Part shown: positions 17,692 through 27,042 of the stretch, one piece after another
Layout: each line of letters opens with the position of its first letter
Numbering within the stretch: the first letter of the stretch is position 1
Origin: Nannocystales bacterium
Lineage (GTDB): Bacteria; Myxococcota_A; Polyangia; Nannocystales; Nannocystaceae
Reading direction: 5' to 3'
NCBI GenBank assembly: GCA_050633305.1
Contig: JBOEGF010000021.1
Location: 32,001 to 96,000, forward strand
Length of the DNA stretch: 64,000 nucleotides
The notes under the pieces: model-generated
Seen by the model: the letters and a program-made list of their open reading frames with translations, nothing else
The model's database searches: none
What the model was told of the DNA's origin: nothing
Translations under genes and position numbers: made by a program

Positions 17692-18489
17692 ATGGCCGGG
17701 CGAGGATGGTTGTTGCTGGGAGCTTCTCTGGTGGTCGGCGGGTGCTCGTCCGCTGGGTCGAGCGAGGAGGGCGCGACCGAGTCCGAGATGGCCTCCAGCG
17801 GTGACGCAGAGCCTACGACGTCGGCGACGGAGGACGGTTCCTCCAGCGGCGAGCCGGACGCTCCGGACACGCGGCGCTGCATCCCGCCATCGGACGTCTC
17901 AGCGTCACCACGGACGATCGAAGAGGCGGTGACTCTGCTCAACGCCCTGCCAGCGCCGGTCGACATCGCGTGCTTCCTCGAGAGCTTGGAGCGACCGCTC
18001 AAGGTCGTTGCCACCTCCAGCACGTTCAGCGCTCAACCTGCGTCGGGAGCCGAGAACCCCAGGGTCTTCCTTTTTGCTGGTGACCTCGTCATGTCGGTCG
18101 CCCCCGCGGGCGAGGGGGTGAAGCTGCTCGAGTTCGGCGAGTTCATCGACGACTTTCAGACGATCAAGGGCGAGGTCGAGCTCCCGCTCGAGGGGCAGTT
18201 GGCACCGTCAGATCCATACAGCCGGGTCCTCTTCGAGGAAGGGACCGGATGCGGGTTGTGTCACCGCAACGAGCACGAGGTCGGCACGGTCGGCGACGTC
18301 CCTCAGTACGCCTCACTCGCGTATCAGCCCGCGTTGCACCACGCGCTTGCCGAGGAGGATGTTCGGGACGCGTACGAAGCCTGCGCGGGCGAGGACACCG
18401 AGCGATGCCTGATCCTGTCGGCCCTGTTTGACCACGGGCCGGTGTTGTTCACGACCTTCTCTGAAGACTTGCCGACGTTCGGCGGCTGA
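17692..18489 (+). CDS. Lipoprotein with one CxxCH haem-c motif
   Basis: Lipobox VGGC; GCGLCHRNE; four further Cys. Confidence 0.7.
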   Translation: MAGRGWLLLGASLVVGGCSSAGSSEEGATESEMASSGDAEPTTSATEDGSSSGEPDAPDTRRCIPPSDVSASPRTIEEAVTLLNALPAPVDIACFLESLERPLKVVATSSTFSAQPASGAENPRVFLFAGDLVMSVAPAGEGVKLLEFGEFIDDFQTIKGEVELPLEGQLAPSDPYSRVLFEEGTGCGLCHRNEHEVGTVGDVPQYASLAYQPALHHALAEEDVRDAYEACAGEDTERCLILSALFDHGPVLFTTFSEDLPTFGG

Positions 18490-18495
18490 GTCCGC

Positions 18496-19650
18496 CTACG
18501 GGCGGTCAGGCCAGGCGAGGTGGAGGGCGCCGTCCTGAGTCGACAGCTCGATGTCGTGGCGGTCGGCGAGGCCTCGAAGTGCTTCCATCCGCGCTGTTTC
18601 GTCGCCGCGCCTCGGGCTCGGGGGCGTGGTGCTGATCCGGACGACCAAGTTGGGTTCTCTGCCCAGCCATACTTCCACGCTGCCGCCGTCACGCTCGACT
18701 CTGTCGACGGCGTCGTCGACACCGAGCTGGATCAGGCTCTGGAAGACCCCTTCGGGGATGAGCTCGGTCCCGACCCCAGCTCCGTTTCGCACCCGTAGCA
18801 GCACCCGGTTTGGAGTCCATTGCTCGACATCTCGGACGATGTCTCGCGCGACGGTGACCACCTCGGTCTCTGTCGCCGCCTCGTCCCCGTCGAGGGTCGC
18901 GGCTTTGAGGCGATTCGCCAGCCCGACACAACGCCATGCGGCGCGTTCGAGTTCCGTTCCCCCTCCGGATGAAGATGCCAGCGTTGCCTGCCCCAGCAGT
19001 CCCGCGAGTGCCTTGTCGAGGTCCGAGCTGACTGCAAGCGCCACATCGCGACCGTCGACCCCAGCCTGCACCTCGCGATGGATTCCAAAGGCTCTTTGAG
19101 GACGGCCGTCCTTGTCCCGGGCTACAATGCGTCCGCAGTCGACCACGTGGGCCCAGCCGCCCTCCTTGCGACGCAACCGGACGTGAACGCGGTAGTGATC
19201 GGTGCGTCCTTCGAGGTAGTCGTCCAACGCTTTGCGGGCTCGGGGGAGGTCGTCTTTATGGACCAGCGTGCCCCACTGCGAGAGTGTTGAGGTGATCTCG
19301 CCCTCGTCGTAGCCAAGCATGGTGGCGCACGCGGTGTCGTAGACGAGGTTTCCCGAGCGAAGGTCGTAGTCCCAGACGCCATCGCCCGATTCTCCGATGA
19401 GTTCCGCGACATCTCGCTGGGCCAGAACGTCGGTCTCCTCGGTTGTGGAACCGCGTAGCGGGTGGGTCGCGAATCCGGCAGCGGCAGCGGTGAGCAGCGA
19501 GGAGCCGACGAGAACGACGCTCGACCAACCCGCCGCTCCACCCGGCGCCGCGAACAACCCCGCCGCAGCGAGGCCCAGAGCACAAGCGCCAAGACCCACG
19601 ACCGTCGTGTGTCGCGGCGGCGAAATGACTCGGGTCAAACTCCGTTCCAT
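18496..19650 (-). CDS. Membrane PAS/PAC sensor with degenerate histidine-kinase-like C-terminus
   Basis: Two TM segments; PAS DGVWDYD...MLGY...VHKDD...RLRRKEGGWAHVVDCG; H-box-like VSSDLDKAL lacks His. Confidence 0.75.
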   Translation of the reverse strand: MERSLTRVISPPRHTTVVGLGACALGLAAAGLFAAPGGAAGWSSVVLVGSSLLTAAAAGFATHPLRGSTTEETDVLAQRDVAELIGESGDGVWDYDLRSGNLVYDTACATMLGYDEGEITSTLSQWGTLVHKDDLPRARKALDDYLEGRTDHYRVHVRLRRKEGGWAHVVDCGRIVARDKDGRPQRAFGIHREVQAGVDGRDVALAVSSDLDKALAGLLGQATLASSSGGGTELERAAWRCVGLANRLKAATLDGDEAATETEVVTVARDIVRDVEQWTPNRVLLRVRNGAGVGTELIPEGVFQSLIQLGVDDAVDRVERDGGSVEVWLGREPNLVVRISTTPPSPRRGDETARMEALRGLADRHDIELSTQDGALHLAWPDRP

Positions 19651-20240
19651 CGAGGGAGAACCTATCAGCTAGGTGCAATGCACATGCCGCTCTTCCGCAC
19701 TTGTCCCTGTTTGGAACCATCAGCGCGCGCGATTCGACGCAGCTGACTTCTGTGTATGCGCGGTAACGTCCGTGCGGGACAGGGATCGGGGCTTCCGAAC
19801 AGGGCCGTGGCGGTGAACGAGGAGCGGCTCACGGGCCGCCCCCTCGCGAGCTTGCCCGCCGCGACCGCAGCGTCGACGAGCTGTTCCGCCGTTGCGATCT
19901 TCTTGGCGTTGCGGCGCACCTTGGGCACATGGTCGCGCCAGCGTAGCGGCATGTCCTCCGCGGTCACGTTGTCGAGCCAGTTCGCAGGCGCACGAGCCTC
20001 CTGCACGCGACCCGCGCTGGAGGCGTCGCCGGGGTGCCGAGGTTTTTGCACGCGCCGGCCCGCCCGATGAAGGAGCAGACCCTGCGGCGGACCGGGCGCC
20101 CCTGGGCACGGCGAGAGGTGGGACCAACGACAGCAACCGTCCCTCGCTCGGCGTCGCACCTGCTTCCGAAGTGGCGTGCCCCGTGTGACTCTTCGAGCCC
20201 CGCCGCACACGAACCCCAGCGGGAGCTCCAAGGACCAGAC

Positions 20241-20849
20241 ATGAACAAGCCCAAGCTCATCTACTTCGATTTCCCTGGCGGTCGAGGCGAAGACTGCCGC
20301 CTCGCGCTTCATGTGGCGGGCGTCGACTTCGAGGATGATCGGGTTGCGTTCGCGGCGTGGAAGGGCCGCAAAGCGAGTGCCCCCTTCGGTGCCCTCCCTG
20401 TGTTCGAGCTTCCGGGGAAGGGGATGGTTGGAGGGTCGAACGCGATTCTCCGGTTGATCGGCTCCGGCCACGACTTACACCCGACGGACCCGGTGACCGC
20501 GGCACAGCACGAGGCCGTCATGAGCTCCGTCGAGGACGTCCGTGCACGGGTGAATCCCAACCCGGCCATCGAGGATGAGGCGGAGAAGAAGGCGTTCCGA
20601 GAAGCGCTCGCCGACGGGTATCTCCGTACGTGGGCGGCCAACGTGGAGGCCCAGATCCAGGGTCCGTTCCTCGGCGGGGACAAGCTTCAGGTCGTGGACC
20701 TCAAGCTGCGGACGTTGGTCACCTGGTTTTGCCGTGGTGGCGTTGACCACGTCTCCAAGGACGTCTTCTCCGAGTTCCCCAAACTCACCGCGTTGGTCGA
20801 AGCGGTTCAGAACCACCCCCGCGTGGTCGACTGGTACTCCCGCGGCTAA
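20241..20849 (+). CDS. Glutathione S-transferase, Tyr-type (sigma-class-like)
   Basis: KLIYFDFPGGRGEDCRLAL, APFGALPV, SNAILRLIG, FLGGDKLQVVDL; AAGGA RBS before ATG 20241. Confidence 0.9.
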   Translation: MNKPKLIYFDFPGGRGEDCRLALHVAGVDFEDDRVAFAAWKGRKASAPFGALPVFELPGKGMVGGSNAILRLIGSGHDLHPTDPVTAAQHEAVMSSVEDVRARVNPNPAIEDEAEKKAFREALADGYLRTWAANVEAQIQGPFLGGDKLQVVDLKLRTLVTWFCRGGVDHVSKDVFSEFPKLTALVEAVQNHPRVVDWYSRG

Positions 20850-20869
20850 AGCGGCGCGCCGAAGCGCTC

Positions 20870-21664
20870 CTACACCGTCGGTGGCTTGATGAGCGGGGCA
20901 GAGCTCGCGCCGGGGAGCGGAGCCCCGAACCCCGCTTGAGTCTGTAACGCGCCACTGGCCAGTGCTCGTCGGACCGCCGCCTCGACCACGGGCGCGTGGT
21001 CAGCGTCCAGGGCGTAGATACTCACCTCGATCGTGTTTCGCTCTCGCCGTTCGACCTTCGGCTCATGCACGACCGAGGCCCAGTGGCACCGCATCGCGGA
21101 GCGTACGACGTGGCGCTTGAGGGCGACGAAGTCGACACCCTGAGGTTGCTCGACGGCGAATGCGTGCACGTGCGCGCCGGAGACGCTCTGGGTCCGCCGC
21201 AGGGTCTCGCGGCTGATCTTGCCGTACGGGATCACGGCTTCGTCCCCCTCGGGCGTTTGCACGACCAAAGAACGGGCCCCGACATCCAGCACCCGGCCTT
21301 CGACATCACCGACACGCACGTGATCACCAACGCGGCACAGCCGCCCGAAGCGAAAGGCGACGCCGTTGATCAGGTCGTACAACGAGGACCACGAGAACAC
21401 GACGAGCGTCCCGATCAGCGAGACCAGGACCGCTGCGAAAGCGGGCTCTCGGGCGAGGAGGGCAGCGAGGCCTGAGGCGATGTACGCCACGAGGAGCGTG
21501 AGCCCCAGGACCGGCGCAAAACGCTGCAGGCCGTCGCGGACCCGCGCAGGCGCTGGCACCACCCGAAACAGGAAGGCGATCAGCTGCAGCACGGCGATGA
21601 GCGCCACCGCGCCCAGCGTCAAGAAGGTGAGGTCTACGATCGACCGGAAGAGATACTCCGTCAT
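20870..21664 (-). CDS. MscS-family small mechanosensitive channel domain protein
   Basis: Three TM segments then DLINGVAF...RVGDHVRVGDVEGRVLDVGARSLVVQTPEGDEAVIPYG; ATGA overlap with the upstream gene. Confidence 0.85.
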   Translation of the reverse strand: MTEYLFRSIVDLTFLTLGAVALIAVLQLIAFLFRVVPAPARVRDGLQRFAPVLGLTLLVAYIASGLAALLAREPAFAAVLVSLIGTLVVFSWSSLYDLINGVAFRFGRLCRVGDHVRVGDVEGRVLDVGARSLVVQTPEGDEAVIPYGKISRETLRRTQSVSGAHVHAFAVEQPQGVDFVALKRHVVRSAMRCHWASVVHEPKVERRERNTIEVSIYALDADHAPVVEAAVRRALASGALQTQAGFGAPLPGASSAPLIKPPTV

Positions 21665-24600
21665 CCCAACATCCCCTGACTGCGGAGGCTATCCGTCACC
21701 AAGTGAGCAACGAATCGGTCCACGTGAAGAACGTCCCTGGCATCGCGGCGAACCAGACCCATCCGTGACAAGGCGGATATGTCCACCTCGAGGTCGTCTG
21801 AGGAAACCGAGGTAATGCGCTGGAGTCGGCGCATCGTCACCTGCTTGTGCACCACGAGCTGGACCAGCAGCGCACTGAGCTCCACCCGAAGCTGTTCGAT
21901 CGTCTCTGCACGCGGTCGAGTTGGCCAGCGCATGATCAGCGTGTTGGCGTCCACCTTGTCGATGTGGGAGAGCCACGCCCGGAGTGCGACTGCGACAAGC
22001 CCGCCCGAAAAGTCGAAGTAGCGGGTGAACAGTCTCGCCTGTCGCCAGGGGGCGAGTTCCTCTTCGGGGGTGCCCGCGAGCTCGAAGTTGATCCCCGTGG
22101 ATCCGTGTCGCAGGGAGATGATCGACTTGAGGGTTTCGGCCGGCAACGGGTCACACTCGACCACCGCCAACGCGGACTCGCTGAGGCGGGCAAAGCTGCT
22201 CATGAAGCGCCACGCGTGCACGTTGAGGTTTGCGACAAACAGGCAGCGGTCGCCGTGTTTTCCGAGCAGGCGGATGAACTCCTCCATCAAGGCCATGCCT
22301 CGGGGGCTGCGCTCCCACCACATCTCCAGGTCGTCGAACACGAACACCGAGCCATCGGGCACCTTGCTCAGTAGCTCATCGGGTTTGCCGCGGTCTCCAA
22401 CCTCCGCTTCGAGCGCAACGCGCAAGGCCGCGGGCTCGATGGCGCCCCCAGGAGGTGGGCTCACACGGAAGACCTTGCGGCGCGCGAGGAACTTGGTGGT
22501 GAGAACGTGGCACAGCGCGGTCTTTCCTGCGCCCGTCTCGCCCACGACGAACAATGCTCCCTGTCCGCCGTTCTCGTGACGCTTGATCGCGGCCTTGATG
22601 CGGGCGAGTTCGGCTTGGCGTCCGACCCAGAAGGTCTCGCTGATGGTGGCCTGGCCCGAGAACAACTGCCGATAGTAGAAGGGGAGCGCGCGCAGCAAGT
22701 CCCGGCGAGGGGTCAGGTTCTGAGCGAGCTCCGCGATGCGGTCGACGACGGTGGTGCCGGTTCCGGTTGCGGTGCGCCGGAGCCGACGCGCCAGCAAGAC
22801 CCCGGTGCTGCGTCGATACAGCAACGCGACGAAGGTCTGGCGGGCATAACCCGCCGCGCTGGAGACGACGCGCCGCACCCGAGAGACAGCCTTGTGGCTC
22901 TCTCGGCTTCGGATGTAGTGCGAGAGGCTGTCGGAGCGGTTGGTCAACGCATATGGAGCCGTCTCGTCCCGCAGCGTCCCCAGTTGTTCCGCGACTCGGG
23001 ACGAGAACGTCTCAGACGCGTTACGCAGCACTCCCAGCTCGGTGTCGAGACGTCGGGCGCCTTCCCTGGCCACGGCGACCACCTGCTTGCGGAAGTCTTG
23101 GTTCTCCCACCCGCCGGCGGCTTCCATGTCGCCGATCGTGAAACTCAGCAGGCGTGTCACATCTCGAGCCACCCCAACCGTGCGTTGCTCTTGTAGTGGC
23201 AGACCCGAGATCTCCTGGTTCACCACGTCGAGAAACTCGGTCTCGATCAGATACTTGACCAGAGGCCGCACCGAGACGGTGACTTCGTCCGCTTCCATCG
23301 AGACGCCGCTCTCCAGCGCGGCGATCGACTCGTCGCTGAGCGTGGTGGCGGACTCCGGGAGGTCCTCGATGCAGCCGTCGATGTCGCGCGCGATGGTCTC
23401 GAGTACGGCCTGTCCATCGAAGGACGCACGCAGCTCTCGCTCCTGCGGAAGCTTCGGGGCTCGTCCCGCTTGGGCTTCGCGAATGAACGCGCCGATGGTC
23501 TCGTGGATGTGGACGCCGTCGTTGAGGACGGACGACTTGATGCCCTGTGTGACCTCCGTGCGGGCGCGATGCGCCAGCGCAGAGAACCGGTGCTGGAAGG
23601 CGGCGATCTGCAGGCCCAGATGCGCGCGCTGCAGGAGAAGCCGCTGGTGATCCTCCCACGGTTCGGCGCTGAGGCGGAGCGACGCCAGCTGAGCAGGAGC
23701 CTTTCGGGTACGGCGACGCTCGGTGCGAACCAGGTGCTTTACGTCGACCCGCTTGAGGTCGTCGGCGAAGGCTTGGCTCATGTTGTGGACGCGCCTCGCG
23801 AGGCGGACCCCGGTACCCTCTGCCAGATCCTGCGCCAACGTGATGGCGGCATCGACATGCGAGAGGAGCCGTTGCTTGCGAGCCTCGATCAGAGCGGGAT
23901 CGGCCTCGCGACGTTCGATCTTCGCGGCGAGGGCACTGAGCTCGGTCGCCGCTTCGTTGAGGATCTTGCCCAGCTGGACGGCCAGGCGGTGGCTGCTGGA
24001 CTGCACGCTGCGTAGCCACTGTTCCAGCAGGTCGGCGGCACTGACGTAGACGTACCAGGACTGCAGGGACGCCAGAGGCACGGTGTAGCTGGGTGCGCCG
24101 CGACGAACGGCGGCCCAGAAGCGGCGGCGACGCTTGAATGCTCGCACCGGACGGGAATCCCGAGAGGTTGGTGCGAACGCGTCGGGCTCGGCGGTGATGT
24201 CGAGTCGCGCGGGGGCGTCGGAGGCGAGTTTCCCCAGCCCCTCGACAAAGGCGTTGAGTGTGGACTGCAGGCTCTTGGCTTGGCTTGGAAGCGTCTCCTC
24301 TTCGTACGCGGCTACGAGCTTCCGCGCCTGAAACAGGAACCCGCCTTGGGCCCGCCCGGCGGGCTTCCGTGCGCGCGCGGGGTCAGCCTCTTCCAGCCCC
24401 TTCCGCACGATCTCAAACTGACGCTCGAGCAGGTTGCGAACGTCTCCCAGCAACGATTCGTGCCGCGCGAGCACGGGGGCGAATCCCTCCTGGAACAGGT
24501 CGTCGGAGAGCTTGGTGTACGACTCCGCGAACGCGGCCGCGGGGGCCTCGAGTGCGGGGTTCTCTGGCAGCTTGAGGACACGGAGCTCGGTGAGACTGGC

Positions 24601-26784
24601 TTGCGCTCGCTCCTGGGCTCCCGCCGCCGCGCCCCCGTGGCCTGCGACCGGGAGAACCTCGACGAAGAGCGACGAGCCCTGGACGAGGAGCGTCGTCCCC
24701 AGTCCAGCGAGCAGCTCGTCGAGGTGGGTGAGTGCCTTGCTGTCGAAGCGCCGCAGCGGCGGCAACCCGAGAACAACCAAATCCGCGTCGCCCGACTCTT
24801 GGCGGATCGTGCTCTCGAACCCGTGCGCTTGCGAGGGGCTCGCAACAACCTTCACCTTGGCTTCGACCCGGGCGTCTGCCAGCACCCCGCGCATGGCGTG
24901 CAGCAAGTCGTCGCTCAACGAGGTGTCCTCGGAGACGAGCAGGAAGCGGAGCTTGGCGCCCTGCCATTGCTCGAACCTGGTTAGGAAGCGCATCAGCGAG
25001 AGGCTGAGCGCGACGTTGCCCTGTTGCGGACGCCACCAGATGTCGACGCGTTCTCGCTTGCCCCACGACCGTTCTCGGTCGTAGTGCAACATGACCAGGT
25101 TGAAGTCCTGCTTGACCGTGTCCTTGACCAGGTCGACGAATCGGTCGGTGTTTTTGCGGTCGACGTCCCAGTCCAGGAGGACCGTGTTCGGGTCGAGTCC
25201 GGTGAAACCGTGGTGCCGACACGCTGCGGATACCGTGTCGTAGAAGTCGGTGCTGACGGTGCGACGCCGGAACACGCCCACCTGAGCTTCATCCTCATCG
25301 ATGGAGGCTGCGGCCTCTTGTTTCGTGTTGACGAGCTCGAAGTCCGTGAGCAGGCCGCTTCCGGTGATCAGCGCCCGGGAGAGGTCGAGCAGCTCGGGGC
25401 GCGACTCGCTCCCCATCTGGCTGAACAGCAGCACGTTGGGTCGCCAGTTTCGGCGCTGCCCTCGTCCTTGGCTGAGGCGATGCAGACCCGCCCGCACGAT
25501 CGATGACCAGATGCCCTCCCAGGTGTCGCCTGCGTCGAGCGTGAGCTGCCTCCGCTTCAAGAACAGGAACAGCCCCGAGAGTAGAATCGTCGCCCCCGCC
25601 ATCGCGGCGAAGTCGAGCTGGATCATCACGATGATGCAGGTGACCGCACCGAGCACGCTCACCAGCCGCGGGATTCTGAACTGGGGGCGGAAGTCGGGGC
25701 TTGCCCAGCTCTCGATCGCCGAGCTGATGTTGAGGAAACCGTATGTCGCCAGGAAGACCATCGACACGATGCGCGCGATCGCGTCGAGTTCGGCGATGAG
25801 AATGCCGCCCTCCGCGATCGCGAACGCCAGCAGGAGGGCGTTGCGCGGTTCGTTGTTCTTCCCGTGCCCCTTGCCGAACCACCGAGGTGTGATCGAGTCG
25901 ATCGAAAGCGCTTGGAGAATGCGCGGCGCCCCGAGAATGCTGCCCAGCGCTGAGGACAGCGTCGCGCCCCAGATCCCCGCGGTGACGAAGGCGGGGACCA
26001 AGGAAATCTCCGCGAGGACGTTCGTGTTCGCAAGCTGGGCCGGGTCGACGCGGTAGGCGAGGAAGACCGCCAGCGCGACGTAGACGATGAGTCCGACCGC
26101 GATCGCGGCCAGCGTTCCGCCGGGGATCGAGCGCTTGGGATCCTTGAGGTCGCCCGACATGTTCACCCCGGCGGTGAAGCCTGTGACCGCCGGGAAGAAG
26201 ATTCCGAAGATTACGCCAAGGCTTGGGGCGTTGGGGGCGACGTCGAAGTGACCGGAGGCAGGCACGGGGGAGGAGCCCCCCAGGAACACCGAGACCAGCG
26301 ACAGCGCGATGAGTACCAAGATGAGGTACTGCGTCTTGATCGCGAAGGACGTCGAGATCAGGGTCACGAGCGTCAACGCAATGACCGTGACCGTTCCCGC
26401 AACGCGAACGTTCGCGGGAGTGACGTCCATGTCGATGAACGCCAGGAAGCTTTCGCAGAAGCCGATCACGTAGAGGCTGATCGAGAACGCCAACCCGACG
26501 AACAGCGCCAGGCCCAACGTGCCGCCGATCGGCAGTCCTAGGCTGCGAGAGACGATGTAGTAGGGCCCGCCAGCGCCGACGTTTTTGTCCGTCGCGATCG
26601 AGGAAATGCTCAGCCCCGTGGTGACCGAGATGACGTGAGCCACCGCGATGACGCCCAGCGCCATCCAGAGCCCGCCGTTCCCCACGACCCACGGCAAGCG
26701 CAGGTACATGATCACGCCAAGGATGGTGAGGATCGATGGCGTGAAGACGCCGCCGAACGTTCCGAACTTGCCGTCTTTGCTCAT
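21661..26784 (-). CDS. SLC12/CCC cation-chloride cotransporter fused to a helical region and C-terminal P-loop ATPase
   Basis: KFGTFGGVFTPSILTILGVIMYLRL, GGPYYIVSRSLG, IFFPAVTGFTAGVNMSGDLKDP, NWRPN, VDIWW; then FWVGR, Walker A GETGAGKT (22519-22542), Walker B VFVFDD; 1707 aa from ATG 26784. Confidence 0.9.
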   Translation of the reverse strand: MSKDGKFGTFGGVFTPSILTILGVIMYLRLPWVVGNGGLWMALGVIAVAHVISVTTGLSISSIATDKNVGAGGPYYIVSRSLGLPIGGTLGLALFVGLAFSISLYVIGFCESFLAFIDMDVTPANVRVAGTVTVIALTLVTLISTSFAIKTQYLILVLIALSLVSVFLGGSSPVPASGHFDVAPNAPSLGVIFGIFFPAVTGFTAGVNMSGDLKDPKRSIPGGTLAAIAVGLIVYVALAVFLAYRVDPAQLANTNVLAEISLVPAFVTAGIWGATLSSALGSILGAPRILQALSIDSITPRWFGKGHGKNNEPRNALLLAFAIAEGGILIAELDAIARIVSMVFLATYGFLNISSAIESWASPDFRPQFRIPRLVSVLGAVTCIIVMIQLDFAAMAGATILLSGLFLFLKRRQLTLDAGDTWEGIWSSIVRAGLHRLSQGRGQRRNWRPNVLLFSQMGSESRPELLDLSRALITGSGLLTDFELVNTKQEAAASIDEDEAQVGVFRRRTVSTDFYDTVSAACRHHGFTGLDPNTVLLDWDVDRKNTDRFVDLVKDTVKQDFNLVMLHYDRERSWGKRERVDIWWRPQQGNVALSLSLMRFLTRFEQWQGAKLRFLLVSEDTSLSDDLLHAMRGVLADARVEAKVKVVASPSQAHGFESTIRQESGDADLVVLGLPPLRRFDSKALTHLDELLAGLGTTLLVQGSSLFVEVLPVAGHGGAAAGAQERAQASLTELRVLKLPENPALEAPAAAFAESYTKLSDDLFQEGFAPVLARHESLLGDVRNLLERQFEIVRKGLEEADPARARKPAGRAQGGFLFQARKLVAAYEEETLPSQAKSLQSTLNAFVEGLGKLASDAPARLDITAEPDAFAPTSRDSRPVRAFKRRRRFWAAVRRGAPSYTVPLASLQSWYVYVSAADLLEQWLRSVQSSSHRLAVQLGKILNEAATELSALAAKIERREADPALIEARKQRLLSHVDAAITLAQDLAEGTGVRLARRVHNMSQAFADDLKRVDVKHLVRTERRRTRKAPAQLASLRLSAEPWEDHQRLLLQRAHLGLQIAAFQHRFSALAHRARTEVTQGIKSSVLNDGVHIHETIGAFIREAQAGRAPKLPQERELRASFDGQAVLETIARDIDGCIEDLPESATTLSDESIAALESGVSMEADEVTVSVRPLVKYLIETEFLDVVNQEISGLPLQEQRTVGVARDVTRLLSFTIGDMEAAGGWENQDFRKQVVAVAREGARRLDTELGVLRNASETFSSRVAEQLGTLRDETAPYALTNRSDSLSHYIRSRESHKAVSRVRRVVSSAAGYARQTFVALLYRRSTGVLLARRLRRTATGTGTTVVDRIAELAQNLTPRRDLLRALPFYYRQLFSGQATISETFWVGRQAELARIKAAIKRHENGGQGALFVVGETGAGKTALCHVLTTKFLARRKVFRVSPPPGGAIEPAALRVALEAEVGDRGKPDELLSKVPDGSVFVFDDLEMWWERSPRGMALMEEFIRLLGKHGDRCLFVANLNVHAWRFMSSFARLSESALAVVECDPLPAETLKSIISLRHGSTGINFELAGTPEEELAPWRQARLFTRYFDFSGGLVAVALRAWLSHIDKVDANTLIMRWPTRPRAETIEQLRVELSALLVQLVVHKQVTMRRLQRITSVSSDDLEVDISALSRMGLVRRDARDVLHVDRFVAHLVTDSLRSQGMLG

Positions 26785-27042
26785 GAGCGCCCGGGCTCCC
26801 GGGGCCCTAGAAGTGTGCCTCAGAGGGCGTGTAGGCGGGGGGAGGACCACCGCCGCCTGGGCAGTCGCTCAGCATGCGCAGGTGTGACCAACCCCCCGAC
26901 CAGAACTGATGGCTCCGTGCTGGCGACTACGATGAGTACGCTCCAGCGACACGCCGACCGTTCCCATTGGAGCCGGTGGCCGGTTCCCCGCGAACCGCTC
27001 TCGACCGGACGACGTGCGAGTGGGCTTGCGTCGGCGCGGGGC

